Shown: positions 37,553 to 51,075, counted from the stretch's first letter. The stretch: 64,000 bases of DNA from Callorhinchus milii (GCF_018977255.1 NW_024704743.1:72294001-72358000); one strand, 5' to 3'. Notes: generated by a model from the letters alone, not told the origin. A program made the numbers and translations.

Positions 37553-38525
37553 GACTGTAAAAAATCAGGGCATAGTACATGAAAGGTGTCGGGGATATTG
37601 CTGCATGGATTGCTGAAACCATCAGCTACTGAATATATTTGAACAGTGTAGTAATACCTACATCTTATTGCTTTGCAGGTCACTCAACAGTTCACATCAG
37701 CTGCCAGAAGCAGACAGATTTGAGTGACAGGCAGACAGGGAGTTAATCCTGCAACCTTCTGGTTGGAAGACAAATGCCCTATCATTTGTATTAAGCAAAA
37801 GTTCTTTAACTTCAAGTGTAGCAGGGTTAGCCATACTTTAGTGCTTTAAATAGTACTGATTTGAACTTGCACATACCAACAATGAACTCTTCTCCAACTT
37901 CTGTGGATGAGTTCCTATCACGTTCTGTGCCGGAGCCTTTCTTTATTCTCAATCAGTTTCTTTCTTAGCCTAAATGAATGTATAAGAAGATGATTCTTAA
38001 TCCTTTATTCATGAAACATTTTACTCTGTAATGAACCATTCAAATAACCATTGGTAGGCTCCTTATTGCCAAGAATTCCTGAAATTATATGCTGGATGCT
38101 ATCTACTGTTGCTATATTCTAATTTCTTCACAGATGTAAAGCCCTATTTAGTTTTGTTCACACTGTTGCCTTTAGAAAGACTATTATATTCCTTTCAAGA
38201 GATGTATTATCAATTTTGGTTGCAGCAACAGTAGGAATACACATTCCTGTGAAATAGGAAACATAGAACTCTTTGCAAGTGAACATGCCCGCACAGTTTT
38301 ATTTCTCACCCATTTTCTCCTGAAGGCAGGGTACGTTTCCAATTTGTGTTCAGCAACATCCCATAAACTATCATGGAATGAAATCAATGGATTAACTTAT
38401 CTGGAGGATTGTTGGCAGGACACTGAGAAAAACTCCTTTTTCGTTTCGAATACTGTAGTGTCATGGGATCGTTAATATTTTCTAAAGTAGGTCTTCATTG
38501 AATGTTGACCAAATGGTGTCCTATA

Positions 38526-38845
38526 TAATAATAATAATACTAATAATAATCCTTGCATTTGATATAGTGCTTTTCACGTCTTCTAGACGTCTCAAAGCGC
38601 TTCACAGAATATACTGTAAAGTGAATCGACTGTATATTTGCGGGCGAAACGCAGCAGCCAATTGCACACAGGAGTGTCCCACAAACAGTCGTGGATTGAA
38701 ATGAGCAAATTATTATTATATTTTTCTTGAGGGATTATCAGGCGTGTGGAGTAAGGCAACTTGCCAAGGTTTCGCCTTGCTGGGAATTGAACCCAGGTCT
38801 CTCGCTTGCAAAGTGCGTGTTCTAACCACTGAACTACAGGACTCC
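38526..38845 (-). mobile_element. tRNA-Ala-type SINE, short variant
   Basis: Full reverse copy ending ctaaccactgaactacaggactcc. Confidence 0.9.
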
Positions 38846-38961
38846 ATGACCAACAACAACAACTTGCACTTATAAAGCTCCCTCCACGCAGGGTAGGGTC
38901 CCAGAGCACTTTACTGACCACTGAACTACAGAACTCCATAGTTGCCAAAAAAAAATCTTAT

Positions 38962-39200
38962 CTTAGTGGTTAGAGCACTCGCCTTGCAAACGAGAGGACC
39001 TGGATCCTGGGCAGGGCAAAATTTTGGGTAAGTTTCCTTACTCCAGACGACTCTGTTTATCTAACAATAAGTAGGAAACCGGTTGTTAGTTGATTGGCAG
39101 ATCGCTTTGCTGGGGGTAATAAGCCCTTCAAAAAAAAATCATTTGGTCACTTAATCCACGACTGTTGGTGGGATATTGCTGTGTGCAATTAATTGGCCGC
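38962..39200 (+). mobile_element. tRNA-Ala-type SINE, long variant, 3' truncated
   Basis: agtggttagagcactcgccttgcaa head; ctctgtttatctaacaataagtaggaaacc internal segment. Confidence 0.8.
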
Positions 39201-39984
39201 TGAATGGCATCTAACGTAATCACACAATTTTTTTTTAGCAGGGGTAACAGTAGTGTCTGTCTACAATGCCCATGGTTTCAGCCATATGTCTGAAAATTTC
39301 AGATTATGATAAATTCAGACCTAAATTTAAAGCTGTTTTTCCTTTGTTGTTTTTAAGAACTGGAATTAAGAATTTGTTAATATCTTTCACAGTCTGAAAT
39401 TTTAAAACAATAGTCTTAAAGCTAAAGCCCAATGGAATTTCAAGCCTCAGGAGTGAATCCGTGGTTGATTCTTCTCTTTGCAAACCCAGGATTGGTGAGA
39501 CGCCAATGAAAGCGCCCCCCTGCCACGCTGAGATCAGCTGACTCAAAACAGAACAAGGTGGGACCATGCTGGTGCTTTTACCCATTGTGTTATTGGGGAG
39601 TCCCTCCAGTTTGATTGAGAAGAGTTGAAGGGAGAGCTGGCTTTTATCAAACATTAAAATATGAATGGTGGCACAATAGCTGTCAGACCAGCCTTTCTTT
39701 TATTTTATTGACTTTTAAAAGTTGTTTTCTTGGGTAAGCTTCACCTCAGTTGCATTCATATTGCAGCCAATAAGCATTATTCGCAGTGCATGGCTGCCTT
39801 TCTATAATTTCAACACTGATATTTAATTTTTTACAATACAATACAATTCCCACTAATATATTGCCTTTCAGGTTGTGTAAAAATGCACCCCATGTCAGAA
39901 TTGTAGCACCAGATCAGCCATAGAATATCAATTTGAGTAGATTTAACTAAGTGACAATCATATCAATATGAATAATAAATAATT

Positions 39985-40708
39985 CTTGGTTTTCATATAC
40001 AGCCTGTAATGTTAAGACATTCAGAGCACTTCACAGGTAGTTGTTGTAAAACATAGTAATTTAAATGTCTTTTGTAGGTGAAAGCAGCAACCAATTTGTG
40101 TACAGCAATATCCCACAAACTATGAAATAAATGACAAATGTATCTGGGAGATTTTTGGCCAGGAAACCAGGAGAAACTCCCTGTTCTTTTCAAATATGGC
40201 CATAGGATCTTTAATATTCACCTGAACGGGAGCTCCATTTAATGTCTCACCCAAAAAACAGCATATCCAACAATGCAGCACTCCCTACCACTATAATGGA
40301 GTTTCAATGTAGACTGTGATTTTCAAAGTCCAAGTGTGGGAGTTGAACAATAACCTACTACCTAGAGTCCTGTAGTCCTGTAGCACAGTAACAATAGCGA
40401 GAGACCTGGGTTCGATTCCTGGCAGGGCGAAACCTTGGGCAAGTTTCCTTACTTTACACACCTGATAATAATCCCTCAAGAAAAAAAACAATAATAATTT
40501 GGTCAATTCAATCAACAACTGTTTGTGGGACACTGTTGTACTCAATTGACTGCCATGTTTTGCCCACAAAAATGCAGTCAATTCACTTTACAGCATATTC
40601 TGTGAAGCGCTTTGAGACATCTAGAAGACGTGAAAAGCGCTATATCAAATGCAAGGATTATTATTATTATTATAGAGGCAAGAGTACTACCACCTGAGCA
40701 GGCTGATG
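39985..40708 (-). mobile_element. Deu-domain SINE split by a younger SINE
   Basis: ggatctttaatattcacctgaac core; head resumes agaggcaagagtactaccacctgagcaggctga after 40672. Confidence 0.75.
40365..40672 (+). mobile_element. tRNA-Ala-type SINE, short variant
   Basis: gagtcctgtag head (partly deleted), gggttcgattcc B box, (tta)n tail. Confidence 0.88.
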
Positions 40709-42047
40709 TATAAAGAAATAATAGTCAGAAATTTCCTTTTACAACCCTGATCCAGTACCCTCTTGTTTTGCTGCCTCAGAAAGTATTGTCTGGATTCACG
40801 TTTTGAACACATTTAGCAGCTTGTATACTGTACCTTTGTCTCAGACATTGAGCAACAGTGAGTGAGAGAAACAGAATCAGACAGGAACCCCATTGAAATG
40901 ATTAGAGCTATGTTTTTTTTTACATTGGGACCAAAAAAAATAGAAGTGTTATACTTTTTCACTCACAAAAAAAATCGACAAATCTTATTGAAACTAAGTG
41001 AGACTTGACATGTCTGCAAATTGAGAATTGTGCTTCAGCAACATCAAAGACTTGCCCCTCAAATCCAAACCACCGCCTGACATCTTTAGTGAGCAGCTAT
41101 ATACCCCGGTTGTGGCTAGAGCTTTCCTTGAAATAACTGCTGTGAAACATGTGTCGTTTCTTATCATTAATAAGTAGTTTGCTTCCAGTCAATAAAGTGG
41201 TGGTGTCGGCTATGATTTAGGCAACTAACCTGCTTTGGATTGATGTGTCTGCTGAGCAGCAGGGGTGAGAAAATGCTAACTGACAAAATGTCTGGGACAA
41301 GGGCTTAGTCTGGATAGAAGCAGGAAGGTGTTATAGACTGCAATGACCCTTTGAGCCAAACCATCATAGAATTAAGGCTGAGGTTGGAATGTGCTTGAAT
41401 AGCTATTTCAGACTTTAAGTTTCAAAACATTTATCTGATTCATTTAGTTTAATTTCCATCATGTACATATTGTGGTCAACAAGGCCGCAATACAGGCCTG
41501 GGGATAATAAAGCAAGGTCTAACTTGTGGTATTTCTTAGCAGATTTCTTAGCGATGTGTAATTATCAAATGTCTAAACCGTAAATTGTGCTGAAAAATCC
41601 ATTTAGCATATTCAATATTTTAGAAATTTGATGATTACATGTTTCTTGTGTCAGAATATGTAATCAACTGTTTTATACAGTGGAGACTTAGGTGTGTGTT
41701 TGTGTTAATTTTGTGGGGTCAGTCAGGTGTCTGACACATATGGAAACCCATCACTATGCTTAAGAGAATCCAAACCAAACTGAGATTTCCATGCATCGCA
41801 CCTACAGATGGAAATTCTAGAAATAGATTGTCGGAATGGAACGTGCAGTCTCTCCCTGGAGGGACACATCTGCTTACTTAACTCTGGTGTTACATCAACA
41901 GGTTTAGATAAGATAACATAAAGGTTGACTTTGAAATATCCTCTTATACAGTTACCACTTTCAGTTTCCTCCCTTCCTCATCTGAAGGTAATGGATAGCT
42001 TATGCTGAAGTACAGTACCACTTCATATGTGCCATTTGTCCTCTGAT

Positions 42048-42480
42048 ATAATAATCATCACATTTGATATAGCACCTTATCACATCAGGAGGACATCTCA
42101 AAGCGCTTCATAGGATGCAACAACAACAAAATTGCATTTGTATAGCCCTTTCACGTGGCAGGACGTCCCAAGGCGCTGGACAATCATTGTTTTGGACTCG
42201 AACTGGGGGTTGGGATCGGGGAGAGTGGAGAGCAGGAAGGGAAGGAGGGTGACCGAAGGCATGGTTGGTATAGTGTAAAGTGGAGTGTCTGTGTATCTTG
42301 TGGGTGAACTCGGTAGCCAATTGCACACAGCAATGTCCCAAAATCAGCTATGGCGAGAGTGACCAATTTTATTTGGCGGATTGTTGTCTAGGACATTGGG
42401 AGAACCCCCTTCTCTTTTTGAATAGTGCCATGAGAACTTTAACGTCCACCTGAACACGTTGATGGGATTCAGTTTATTGT
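42048..42480 (-). mobile_element. Deu-domain SINE with nested L2 3' end (42117-42265)
   Basis: aagcgcttcataggat interrupted by (caa)n L2 end; core tttgaatagtgccatgagaactttaacgtccacctga. Confidence 0.75.
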
Positions 42481-43067
42481 CACAAAGGGGCCATTCTTCA
42501 TCTATGACCCCACATGGTCCATTACCTAAGGTTAGAATATTCCCTTTCAATTCACAGTCTTTGAGATGTAACCTTGAATTTAATTTCCTTTGCTTCACAT
42601 TATCTGGAAACTTACAGCAAATGATCAATAATCACATCCAAATTCCTTTTGCTTCATCTATGTTAATGTCCATCACTTCCTCTTATACATGTTTGCAGTT
42701 TCTTGTTCCAATATGTATTACCTTACATTCATCTACCTTAAACGCCACCAGTCTCTGCCTCACCCTTATGTTTATTTGGTCCAGATCTCATTGAATGTAG
42801 ATTATCTCTATTGCATTTACCACTTGTCTTGGGATCATCAGCAAATTGTATACAGCAAAACTCGCATATGTCTTATCTTTATAAATCGTATTATCGCCCA
42901 CGTCAGACGTACACTCAGTCATACATCCCATTCAGTTTCCTAATAAAACACTTAGATTTCTTTGCAATCGTTGTATTAATCATCTCCTAACTAGAAAGTC
43001 CTGCAGTTACAAGCTGCACTGAATCAACAACAACAAACAACATTTAACAGAATCATGTCAGGAGGAC

Positions 43068-43255
43068 CAAAGCGCTTCACAGACACACTGTAAAGTGAAT
43101 CACAGCAATGTCCCACAAACAGTCGTAGATTGAAAATGACCAATTTATTATTGTTTTTGGTTTTGGAGGGATTATTATTAGGCGTGTGGAGTAAGGAAAC
43201 TTGCCCAAGGTTTCGCCCTGCCTGGAATTGAACTCAGGTCTCTCACTTGCAAAGC
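43068..43255 (-). mobile_element. tRNA-Ala-type SINE, short variant, partial
   Basis: ggcgtgtggagtaaggaaacttgcccaaggtttcgccctgcctggaattgaac. Confidence 0.8.
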
Positions 43256-44907
43256 GATGTCTTGACCCATCAATGCATGCATACTTGAATCGTGGGAAAC
43301 AGAGTCTTGATCCATTGAAGCATCTGCAAAAGAACTTATTACCCTGTGATTCAGTACGATTCCAATGCTTGCTGGTAAGTGTGCATGTGGCGATGGGTCA
43401 ATTACCAGTTGCAGTGAAAAAGTATCACATGTGTACTGACTGGCTGCATTAATAACCATGTGCAGTGTAGATTAATGATTAAATCGTATTTTATATGACT
43501 TCTAGAAGTTTGCCTACAATTTGGACTTCGAGTAGGTCATATTAAATGTTATAGTCCCTACTGATACGAGTTATGTGAGTTTTACTGTAATAGGGTTGAT
43601 TCCTACAAGCTGAAAGGTGCTGTACAAACAGTTTGTGAATGAAATTGCTATTAGATGTGGTGAAAACGTATTATGGAAAAAATCCTGTTCCTGGCAACTT
43701 GCAAACCAGGAAGCCCCAGACAAATAACCCATGTTTTACCGTCTGACCATTTGCCAGAGTTTTAAACCTTCTCTGGTCTGAGAAATAGCCGAAAAGAAAA
43801 AGCTGGTCATGATCACTTAGCAGAGGTTGCACGAAACCTTTGAAAAAAGATCATAAGCATAATTAGTCACAAAGCAGATTTTGCAGTCCCTTGGAATTGG
43901 AATTTTTCTGCAATTTTTTAAATGAAAATTTCACAGCAAATCTCAGAATTATATTTGTAAAATGGAAGTCTCTTCCAGCACAATAAATGTAGCAGTTTCA
44001 ACCCCATGCTTTTCTTTTCCTTCTAATGCTGTTGGAAGTGTTTCTGCTCAAGCCAGCTGTTAGGAACCCTCTCTGTAGACTAGCGCAGTTGGGAGGTTGC
44101 ACCAGATATCACATTGTAATATAGCATGTTTGTGAATCAGCACACAGTGGCTTTGAGCTTCATAAAGCTTGAGTTTCTTTCCATCAGAAGATATCCCCCT
44201 GAGAGCTTGCACCACAACAGTACAAACAAATGCCTGATGAAATTCAATCTGGAAATGGCTTTTTGGCATGGCCTATAGCGTTGATGATAAGATCAGCTTT
44301 CTGACCTCTGTGCTCATAGCTGAACCTTTATTGTGAAACTGATCAGAAGATTTTGAGCTGCTGTATGAGAGACAAAAAATCTTGCTGATAAGGATCATTT
44401 CTTTCACTCACATCCATTAAACAAAGCAATGGCCCACCTAATCAGAAGATACCATTGCTCCTGAGGAATCCCATCTGCCAAAATGGCATGCTTTCGAGAT
44501 GCTGTCTTTAAAAGCATTGCAGTTCACTCCATTTCAATTTAGATGATTCACTGGCATGTGAAAGTTATCAAAAATCATTTCAATTTGGAGATGCTTGAAA
44601 GCCCAGTGGTAAAACAGTATTCTGTTCAGTAGAAAAGTGAGTCCTACTCTTCTTTTCAACCTGTTAAATTGTTTAGGATTTCAAAAGTAGTTAGTGAGGG
44701 CTCAAATCTGTGCTTGTCAGATATCAAATGACTAACTTGTGACTATCCTCCTTGGGGATTAAGCTGGGTGTCTTTGGAGCTGAACTAGTTCCAAGCTGAT
44801 GTGTTTGGCAACCGAATATCAGAATGAAGTCAACCCTCTACGGCAGTCTCAGCAGTCCAGTTCCTGAGTCAGGTGGGTCCACAGTATTCCAAAGTTCCTC
44901 TGATGAT

Positions 44908-45470
44908 CAACAACAACAACAACTTGCATTTATATAGTGCCCTTCATGCGGGGTAGCGTTCTGGTGCATTTGACATATGCAGAGACTGACCCCGAGCCAG
45001 AGGGAGAGGGCGGCTTTAGATGACTGTGAGCATGATCAAAAAGGAAGGTCTTTAGGTGGGATTTGAAAATAGGGTGGGAGGGGGCATAGAGAAGGGATTG
45101 AGGGAGGGAGTTCCAGAGCTTTGGAGGGTAGTGGCTAAAAGCACGATCACTGATGGTGCAGCGGAGAGGGCGAGAGACGAACAGGAGGCTGGAGCTGGCC
45201 AAGCATAAGGCAGTGGGTAGTGGAGTCGGGGGTAAGCAGATCGGATCTGTAGGGAGATACAAGGGCATGAAGGGATTTGAAAATGAGTGAGAGGATCTTG
45301 AAGTTGATCTGTTCAGTGATTGGGATACAATGGAGCCTGGCAAGGACTGTGTGATGGGGGTGTGGAGTTTTGTGCGTGTTAGTATCCGGGCAGCGGAGTT
45401 CTGAATTAATTGAATTTTATGTACGGTGGAACTGAGGAGACCATTGAGGAGGGCATTTGAAAAGTCCAGC
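44908..45470 (-). mobile_element. L2 LINE 3' end (older subfamily)
   Basis: DRAFSHYPPKLWNSLPQSL...FKSHLKTFLF peptide; (caa)n tail. Confidence 0.85.
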
Positions 45471-46885
45471 CAGGAAGTGTGGACAAGGATTTTGGCTGTT
45501 AAACCAGTCAGCTTGTCTCATTGGCAGGGCTTGGAAGGGCAGCTCAGTCACTGGGCTTAGGGAGCCTTTCCACTCAGCTCCTGTTAACCCTGCAAGCCAA
45601 AGTCTTAACAGATAGGGTGATCGTAGCTGAACAAGCAGCAGGAAGCTTGCAGGCAGGGCTCTCAATGGCAAGCTGTGCGGTTTTAGCTGATTAAATCCCT
45701 GGAGTATCTGAATGTACACTCTGGGGTCTCTAAGCCTTGGCTTTGGCCAAACTGCATCTCCGAAATTGGATAAGCAGGGTGCATCCCTCCAGGGAGAGAG
45801 TGCACACTCCATTTCAAACACAGGAAAATTTCTTTGTGTAGGTGCAAACATATGTGGTATGCAGTGAAGCTTTTAAGAATGATGTGCTTTTACATGTGTC
45901 AGAAAATCGACTGAGCAAAAAAAAAGCTCCTCAGCTGTTGCAAACTTATTCTCCACCTTATCCCCTCCTGAACTGACTTGCCTCACTTCCCACATCATGT
46001 GGATCAAGCACTACACTTAACAATAATCACTGCACTTGACAATAATAATAATAATTAATCCTTGCATTTGACATGGTACCTTTCATATCAGCAGGACATC
46101 TTAAAGGGCTTCACAGGGTATACTATAATAATGACTGTGTTTTTCTCTGGTGAATAATTACTGAAAAGTTCTTCGAGATATTTTGTGATAAGGTACTATA
46201 AATTGCACAGTCTTCTTTCCTTACCCAGTGTTTACCTGGCCTCCTATCCAATATCTACCTTATCCCACCTATTCTTATACTGGGACTTACATGGCCTCCA
46301 CTTTTATCTATTTTGGAATCTCTAGAGGCTTGCTCACACCCTAGCTGGAATTATTTTTTTTCAAAAAATATTATTTGCCTGGGATTCGCGAGTGACTGGA
46401 TTGTAATCTCAGGACTTTCTGGTAGCTACATGACAAACTATTGTCTGTGTTCATCGGCTTCCTTCAGGAAGTTATTAAATAAATGAATTCAGATTTCTAC
46501 AAGCCCTCTTGAGACAATAAATGAATGAGTATTTCTTTGGCTTCCCTAAGCCGGACAATAAATCAATTCCTTAGCTTCTCTCTGGAGGTCCCTCAATTGA
46601 TTCCTCACTTCGATCAATTCAGCTCTCAAGGCGATATGGATTTATCTCTGGCTCACAGCTCAGCCTCCTTAGACTTAGAAATCTACCACACAGTAGGAGC
46701 CATATGACCTACTGCATATGGGCTATTGCAATGTAATTACATCAGGCTATGTTGAATGACACTATATAAAGATAATTATATTGTATTTTCAGGATAAAAA
46801 ACCCTAACCTGTCCAGGCTTTTCAGAGAGAGATATCCTCTAATCTCTAGAAAATCTACACTGCACTCTCTCCATTGCCACAATAT

Positions 46886-47095
46886 GTCAATCTGGCTCAG
46901 TTAGTAGCACTCTTGTCTCCGAGTCAGAAGTTGTGGGTTGAAGCCCCATGTCGGGATTTTCAACTCACATTCAAGGCTGACACTCCAATGCAGTGCTGGG
47001 GTGTACTATATTGTTTGAGGTGCTATCCTTTGGACGCTATCTTTTGCCTGTTCAGGTGGATGTTAAAGATTCCATGACAGGAAAAAAAATCATCC
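46886..47095 (+). mobile_element. Deu-domain SINE 5' part
   Basis: tggctcagttagtagcactcttgtctccgagtcagaag head; gcctgttcaggtggatgttaaagattccatg core. Confidence 0.8.
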
Positions 47096-47444
47096 AGGAT
47101 TCCAAACTGTAAAATGACACCTGCTGGAAAATATATATATAATATACTAAAAGAGGATTGGGCTCCCCTGTGATTTTCCCCATCTCCTAGCCTAGCAGCT
47201 TGCTGGAGGTACAGCACCTCTTTAGTCTCACACATACAAAATGATCATTCAGCTCAAGCACCAGAGCTCTGTGAGAACAGGAGGAATGTCCCAAATAACA
47301 GTTTCACGAGTAGCAGGAACACAATTGAAAGAAATATTTGTTCATTATTCATTTCTTTCACACCACACACAAACACAACAAATTATTCAATGCCAATCGC
47401 CTCTGAACTTAAAGTAAATAAATATTTGAAAATTAATCACTCAC

Positions 47445-47575
47445 CTTCTGCTCCTGTTTTGGTGTAATAGGCCATAAAGTTACAACCATGTACTGGCAAG
47501 TCTAAATGTTTGAAAAACCGTCCACTCGCTCTTCTGCGATAAGTTATTAAAGTAATAATCAGTTTCACCTTCAGC
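47445..47575 (-). CDS. Putative internal exon of an unidentified gene (131 bp, phase 2 in / 1 out)
   Basis: Acceptor attatttattttcag, donor AG/gtgagt; only one frame open throughout: LKVKLIITLITYRRRASGRFFKHLDLPVHGCNFMAYYTKTGAE. Confidence 0.45.
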
Positions 47576-49174
47576 CTGAAAATAAATAATCATTTGAAAA
47601 TTAATTACTTCCTTTCTGTTCAACTTTCAAGCTACAAATTATTGACTAATGATTCAACTTTGCCCTGACTTGAACTCCCAGTTCCTGACTGAGTCAATCA
47701 GTGTTGTGAATTAGCCAACTGTGCTCAGTGGATCTATTATGGTGATTACCTTATACAGAATGGACAACTGTAAATTCCAAGTCACAAACTAATTTCCCAA
47801 GATTGATCCTTAAGTTAATTCAATCTAATGAATGAATCAATTCTCAAGTAATTAATGCCGTTGATACTTCACACCACCTGACAAACACTCGATAAAATAT
47901 TCTATAATGAATTCCAAGCCTTTGACAAATTCAACTTCCCCTTTGTAACCTTCATGACCTCACCCTCCCTCTAGCCTTTTCCCACTTCCACATCTGTTTG
48001 CTTGTGCTCCATTGCTAATCCTCCGTGCTCCTGCTTCTGTTCCTGGCATCTCTGGTATGCATTTCACTTGATTTCTTTGTAATTAACCAGCTCTCCTCTT
48101 CTTTTTGTTGCCTGTGCCCCTAGTTGAGCAATTATTGTGCTCACTATTGGAATCTGATTCTGACTTGCATCACTTGCTTTCTTTCTCTCAGGTCCACCAA
48201 CCATTTCCTTTCAAGTGACCCAGGGGAGAGAAATTCCTGCTGGGTCTAGATTTACTCTATTTTCTTAGCATTTCAGGGAGTCCAGAATTTCAACTTGTAT
48301 TGAAGGGAGAAATGAAGTCTTCACAACACAGTCATTAATTATCAACAGGCTAATACTGTCCACAGTAACATAGGACTGTGGCAAGTATCAACACCAGATT
48401 AGAATAGTAATTAGAAAGCTGATTCTGTTTAGAGGTGTGTGGTGGTGTGGGTTCATTGGGACTGAGCTTGAACTGTATAATGGGAAATCCATCATAACAC
48501 CGTAACAAAAAGATTACTCCCTCATAGCACATATGAGGAAGAAGGGAACTGAGGGCCATGGGAAAGTGATAAAGGAGAGGTGGAGGCTCATTTGTAGTAC
48601 AAACACCGACACAGATTAGTTTGGTTGAATGGCCTGGTTTCTATGTTGTAACATTTTAAGTAATTCTATGTAAATTTTAGCAACCATGTAGGTAGTCTAC
48701 TTTGTTTAAATTTCACCTCCGAAGTTTCTCTCCTTTAGTAGTACTGCTAAATATCATGACGTACACCAGATCCTGTATACCTTAACGTTTATAGGGCAGA
48801 AAGATTAACTGACATAGGCGAATTAGTATCAACATTTCAAAGCACCTTTAATGTTATTTTCCCATAAAAATATGCCAAATCCTTAAGATGAACATGAAAC
48901 ATACTTCTCAGTCAATCTGTCAGCCTTTGAAGTTACCATGTATAATATGATGAGCTGCATTAATAATAATCTATATATTTGTAGTATTTTGAACTATCGA
49001 TTATAATTTTTAACTCCAAAATTAATATAGTTAGTGTTACCATTCTGAAACATTTATAACCTTTACAGCCTACGTTAAATGCGTGCAATAAATAAGTACT
49101 TTCTGTAACCCTTTTATGCTTTTAAATTTAAGCCCTTGCATTTGCCATACAGTTGTATTTTAAGCAGTTGTTTG

Positions 49175-49405
49175 AGTTGTTCGGATCTGGAATGCATTCC
49201 CTGAATGGGTGGTGGAAGCTGATTCGATAACAACTCTCAAGAGAGAAGTAGATAGATATTTGGGGAGGACAAATTTGCAGGGCTATGGGGAGAGAGTGGG
49301 GAATGGAATTAATTTGGACAGCTCTTTCAAAGAGCCGGCATGGACACGATGCGCCAAATGATCTCCTTCTGTGCTGTATAATTCTATGATTCTATGATTC
49401 TATTA
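49175..49405 (+). mobile_element. CR1 LINE 3' end
   Basis: Closely matches 28680-28900; (attctatg)n tail. Confidence 0.88.
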
Positions 49406-50319
49406 TATGACTTGTCAAGTTCAACTTTACTGTGGATGGAAGGGTGGAAGACAGTGGATCTTGGTCTTCTTTCGTTTAGCAATTCTTATGTTCTTATGTT
49501 CTTTCATGGTGGGAGGACATCTCAAAGCACTTGATCTCTCATGTTGCAGTGTTTAATCAGGCCTGAACCTAATACAAATGGTCCATGATAGAGGCTCTTC
49601 ACCATTTTTCACAAACTGACTTTCTGAAAGTATCAGGGAGGAAATGAAGCATGAAAATTACTTCATTCTTTACCTAGAAACTTCCAACTACCACTGGAAA
49701 AGCAAAGTTTTAACATCATGTCACTTGGATGTTTTTAAGAAGATCACCGATTATATAGCACTTTTTAATAATGTTTGAATTATGTTTTGATCTACCGCTC
49801 CTGTAGTTGGATAAATAAACCAATCTGAACACATGGATTAGAATAACCGCTTAGTCTGTCACATTCTCCTTCATTATGTTTGAGAAATTCCTTGGATTAT
49901 CAAGATTTAATGTAGCCCATTGTTTAACTGACACTTAGTATGTAAAGTATGTAAAGACACCTACATTTGTGAGGAAAAACCATCATAGAATGACTGCTAC
50001 TTCACCAAGTAAGTATAATTGTTACTGCAAAGATAATACAATGAATATTTAACATGGATTAGGATGTAGAATATTCGTGAATGGAATGCATACTTGAATA
50101 ATAAACTTAGCAAAGCTTTTGACCACCCATGTTCCTTATTTTATCTCAGCATTAACAAATATAACCATTACAATATTTCACATGTTAAATTATGAATCTG
50201 GGTAATGAAAGCTGAAAGTGAAGGAATCAGAGATCAAGAATGCTATACATTGAGTTGCTGCAATGCTTGAGTTGCAGGATTGTGCTCTTCTCCACTTCAT
50301 CCTTGATCTTAGAAAATTC

Positions 50320-50925
50320 CACAAACAGCCACAAAGTGAATCTGAAGTATCTGAAGTACTCTTGGCCAAGTCACAGAGAAAAAACTCCCTTCTCTTTCCA
50401 AATAGTGCAAGAGATCTTTAAATGTCCACCTGAACAAGGCAGCTGGAAACTCAGTTTAACGTCTTATCTGTGGAGTCCCATAGCTCAGTGGTTAGAGCTC
50501 TCGCCTCGCAAGTGAGAGTACCTGGGTTCGATACCCGGACAGGACAAAATGTTAGGCAAGTTTCCTTACTCCACATGCCTCTGTTCACCAACAGTAAGTA
50601 GGAACCTGATTGTTAGTTGATTGGCACATCACTTTTCTGAGGGTAAATCCCTTCAAAAATAAATACAAATATTTGGTCATTTAATCCCCAATTGTTTGTG
50701 GGGCACTGCTGTGTGCAATTGGCTGCCTTGTTTCTCCCACAAAATATACAGTCAATTCATTTTCATTTTCTAGTATATTCTGCGAAGTGCTTTGAGACGT
50801 CTCGAAGACGTGATACGGCACTATATCAAATGCAAGGATTATTATTATCTGAAGTGCAACATTTATGACATTGTAGTGCTGTCCCCAGTATTGCTCTGGA
50901 ATGTCAGCTTAGACTGTGAATTCAA
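50320..50925 (-). mobile_element. Deu-domain SINE split by a younger SINE
   Basis: atctttaaatgtccacctgaac core before 50472; ccccagtattgctctggaatgtcagcttaga after 50848. Confidence 0.65.
50472..50848 (+). mobile_element. tRNA-Ala-type SINE, long variant, full length
   Basis: A/B boxes, ctcgcaa anticodon-like loop, internal segment, L2-like tail; ttatctg duplicated at both ends. Confidence 0.92.
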
Positions 50926-50942
50926 TGTTTTAACATGCGGCA

Positions 50943-51075
50943 CCTCTTGCAGGGAATCCCATGTGTGACACACCAACTCAGGGCAACTCAGCTCTGATGA
51001 AATCTCGGGTTGAGCCGAATATGAAGTTGGGTTCTTGTGAGTCAGTGTGGCATACATGGGAATCCTAGCAGCAGG
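50943..51075. repeat. Imperfect hairpin, ~55 bp arms
   Basis: tcccatgtgtgacacaccaactca pairs with tgagtcagtgtggcatacatggga; inner caactcagct / agttgggtt. Confidence 0.7.

Noticed and set aside
45417..45851. 144 aa ORF
   Set aside because: No recognisable motif or splice context; its end runs into L2 sequence.
47480..47575. WW-domain-like peptide AEGETDYYFNNLSQKSEWT in an alternative frame
   Set aside because: Lacks the WxxP ending and hits a stop before the strong donor; kept only as an alternative if this were a terminal exon.
50994..51020. Hammerhead core CTGATGA in the 50943 hairpin
   Set aside because: No properly placed stem II followed by GAAA.
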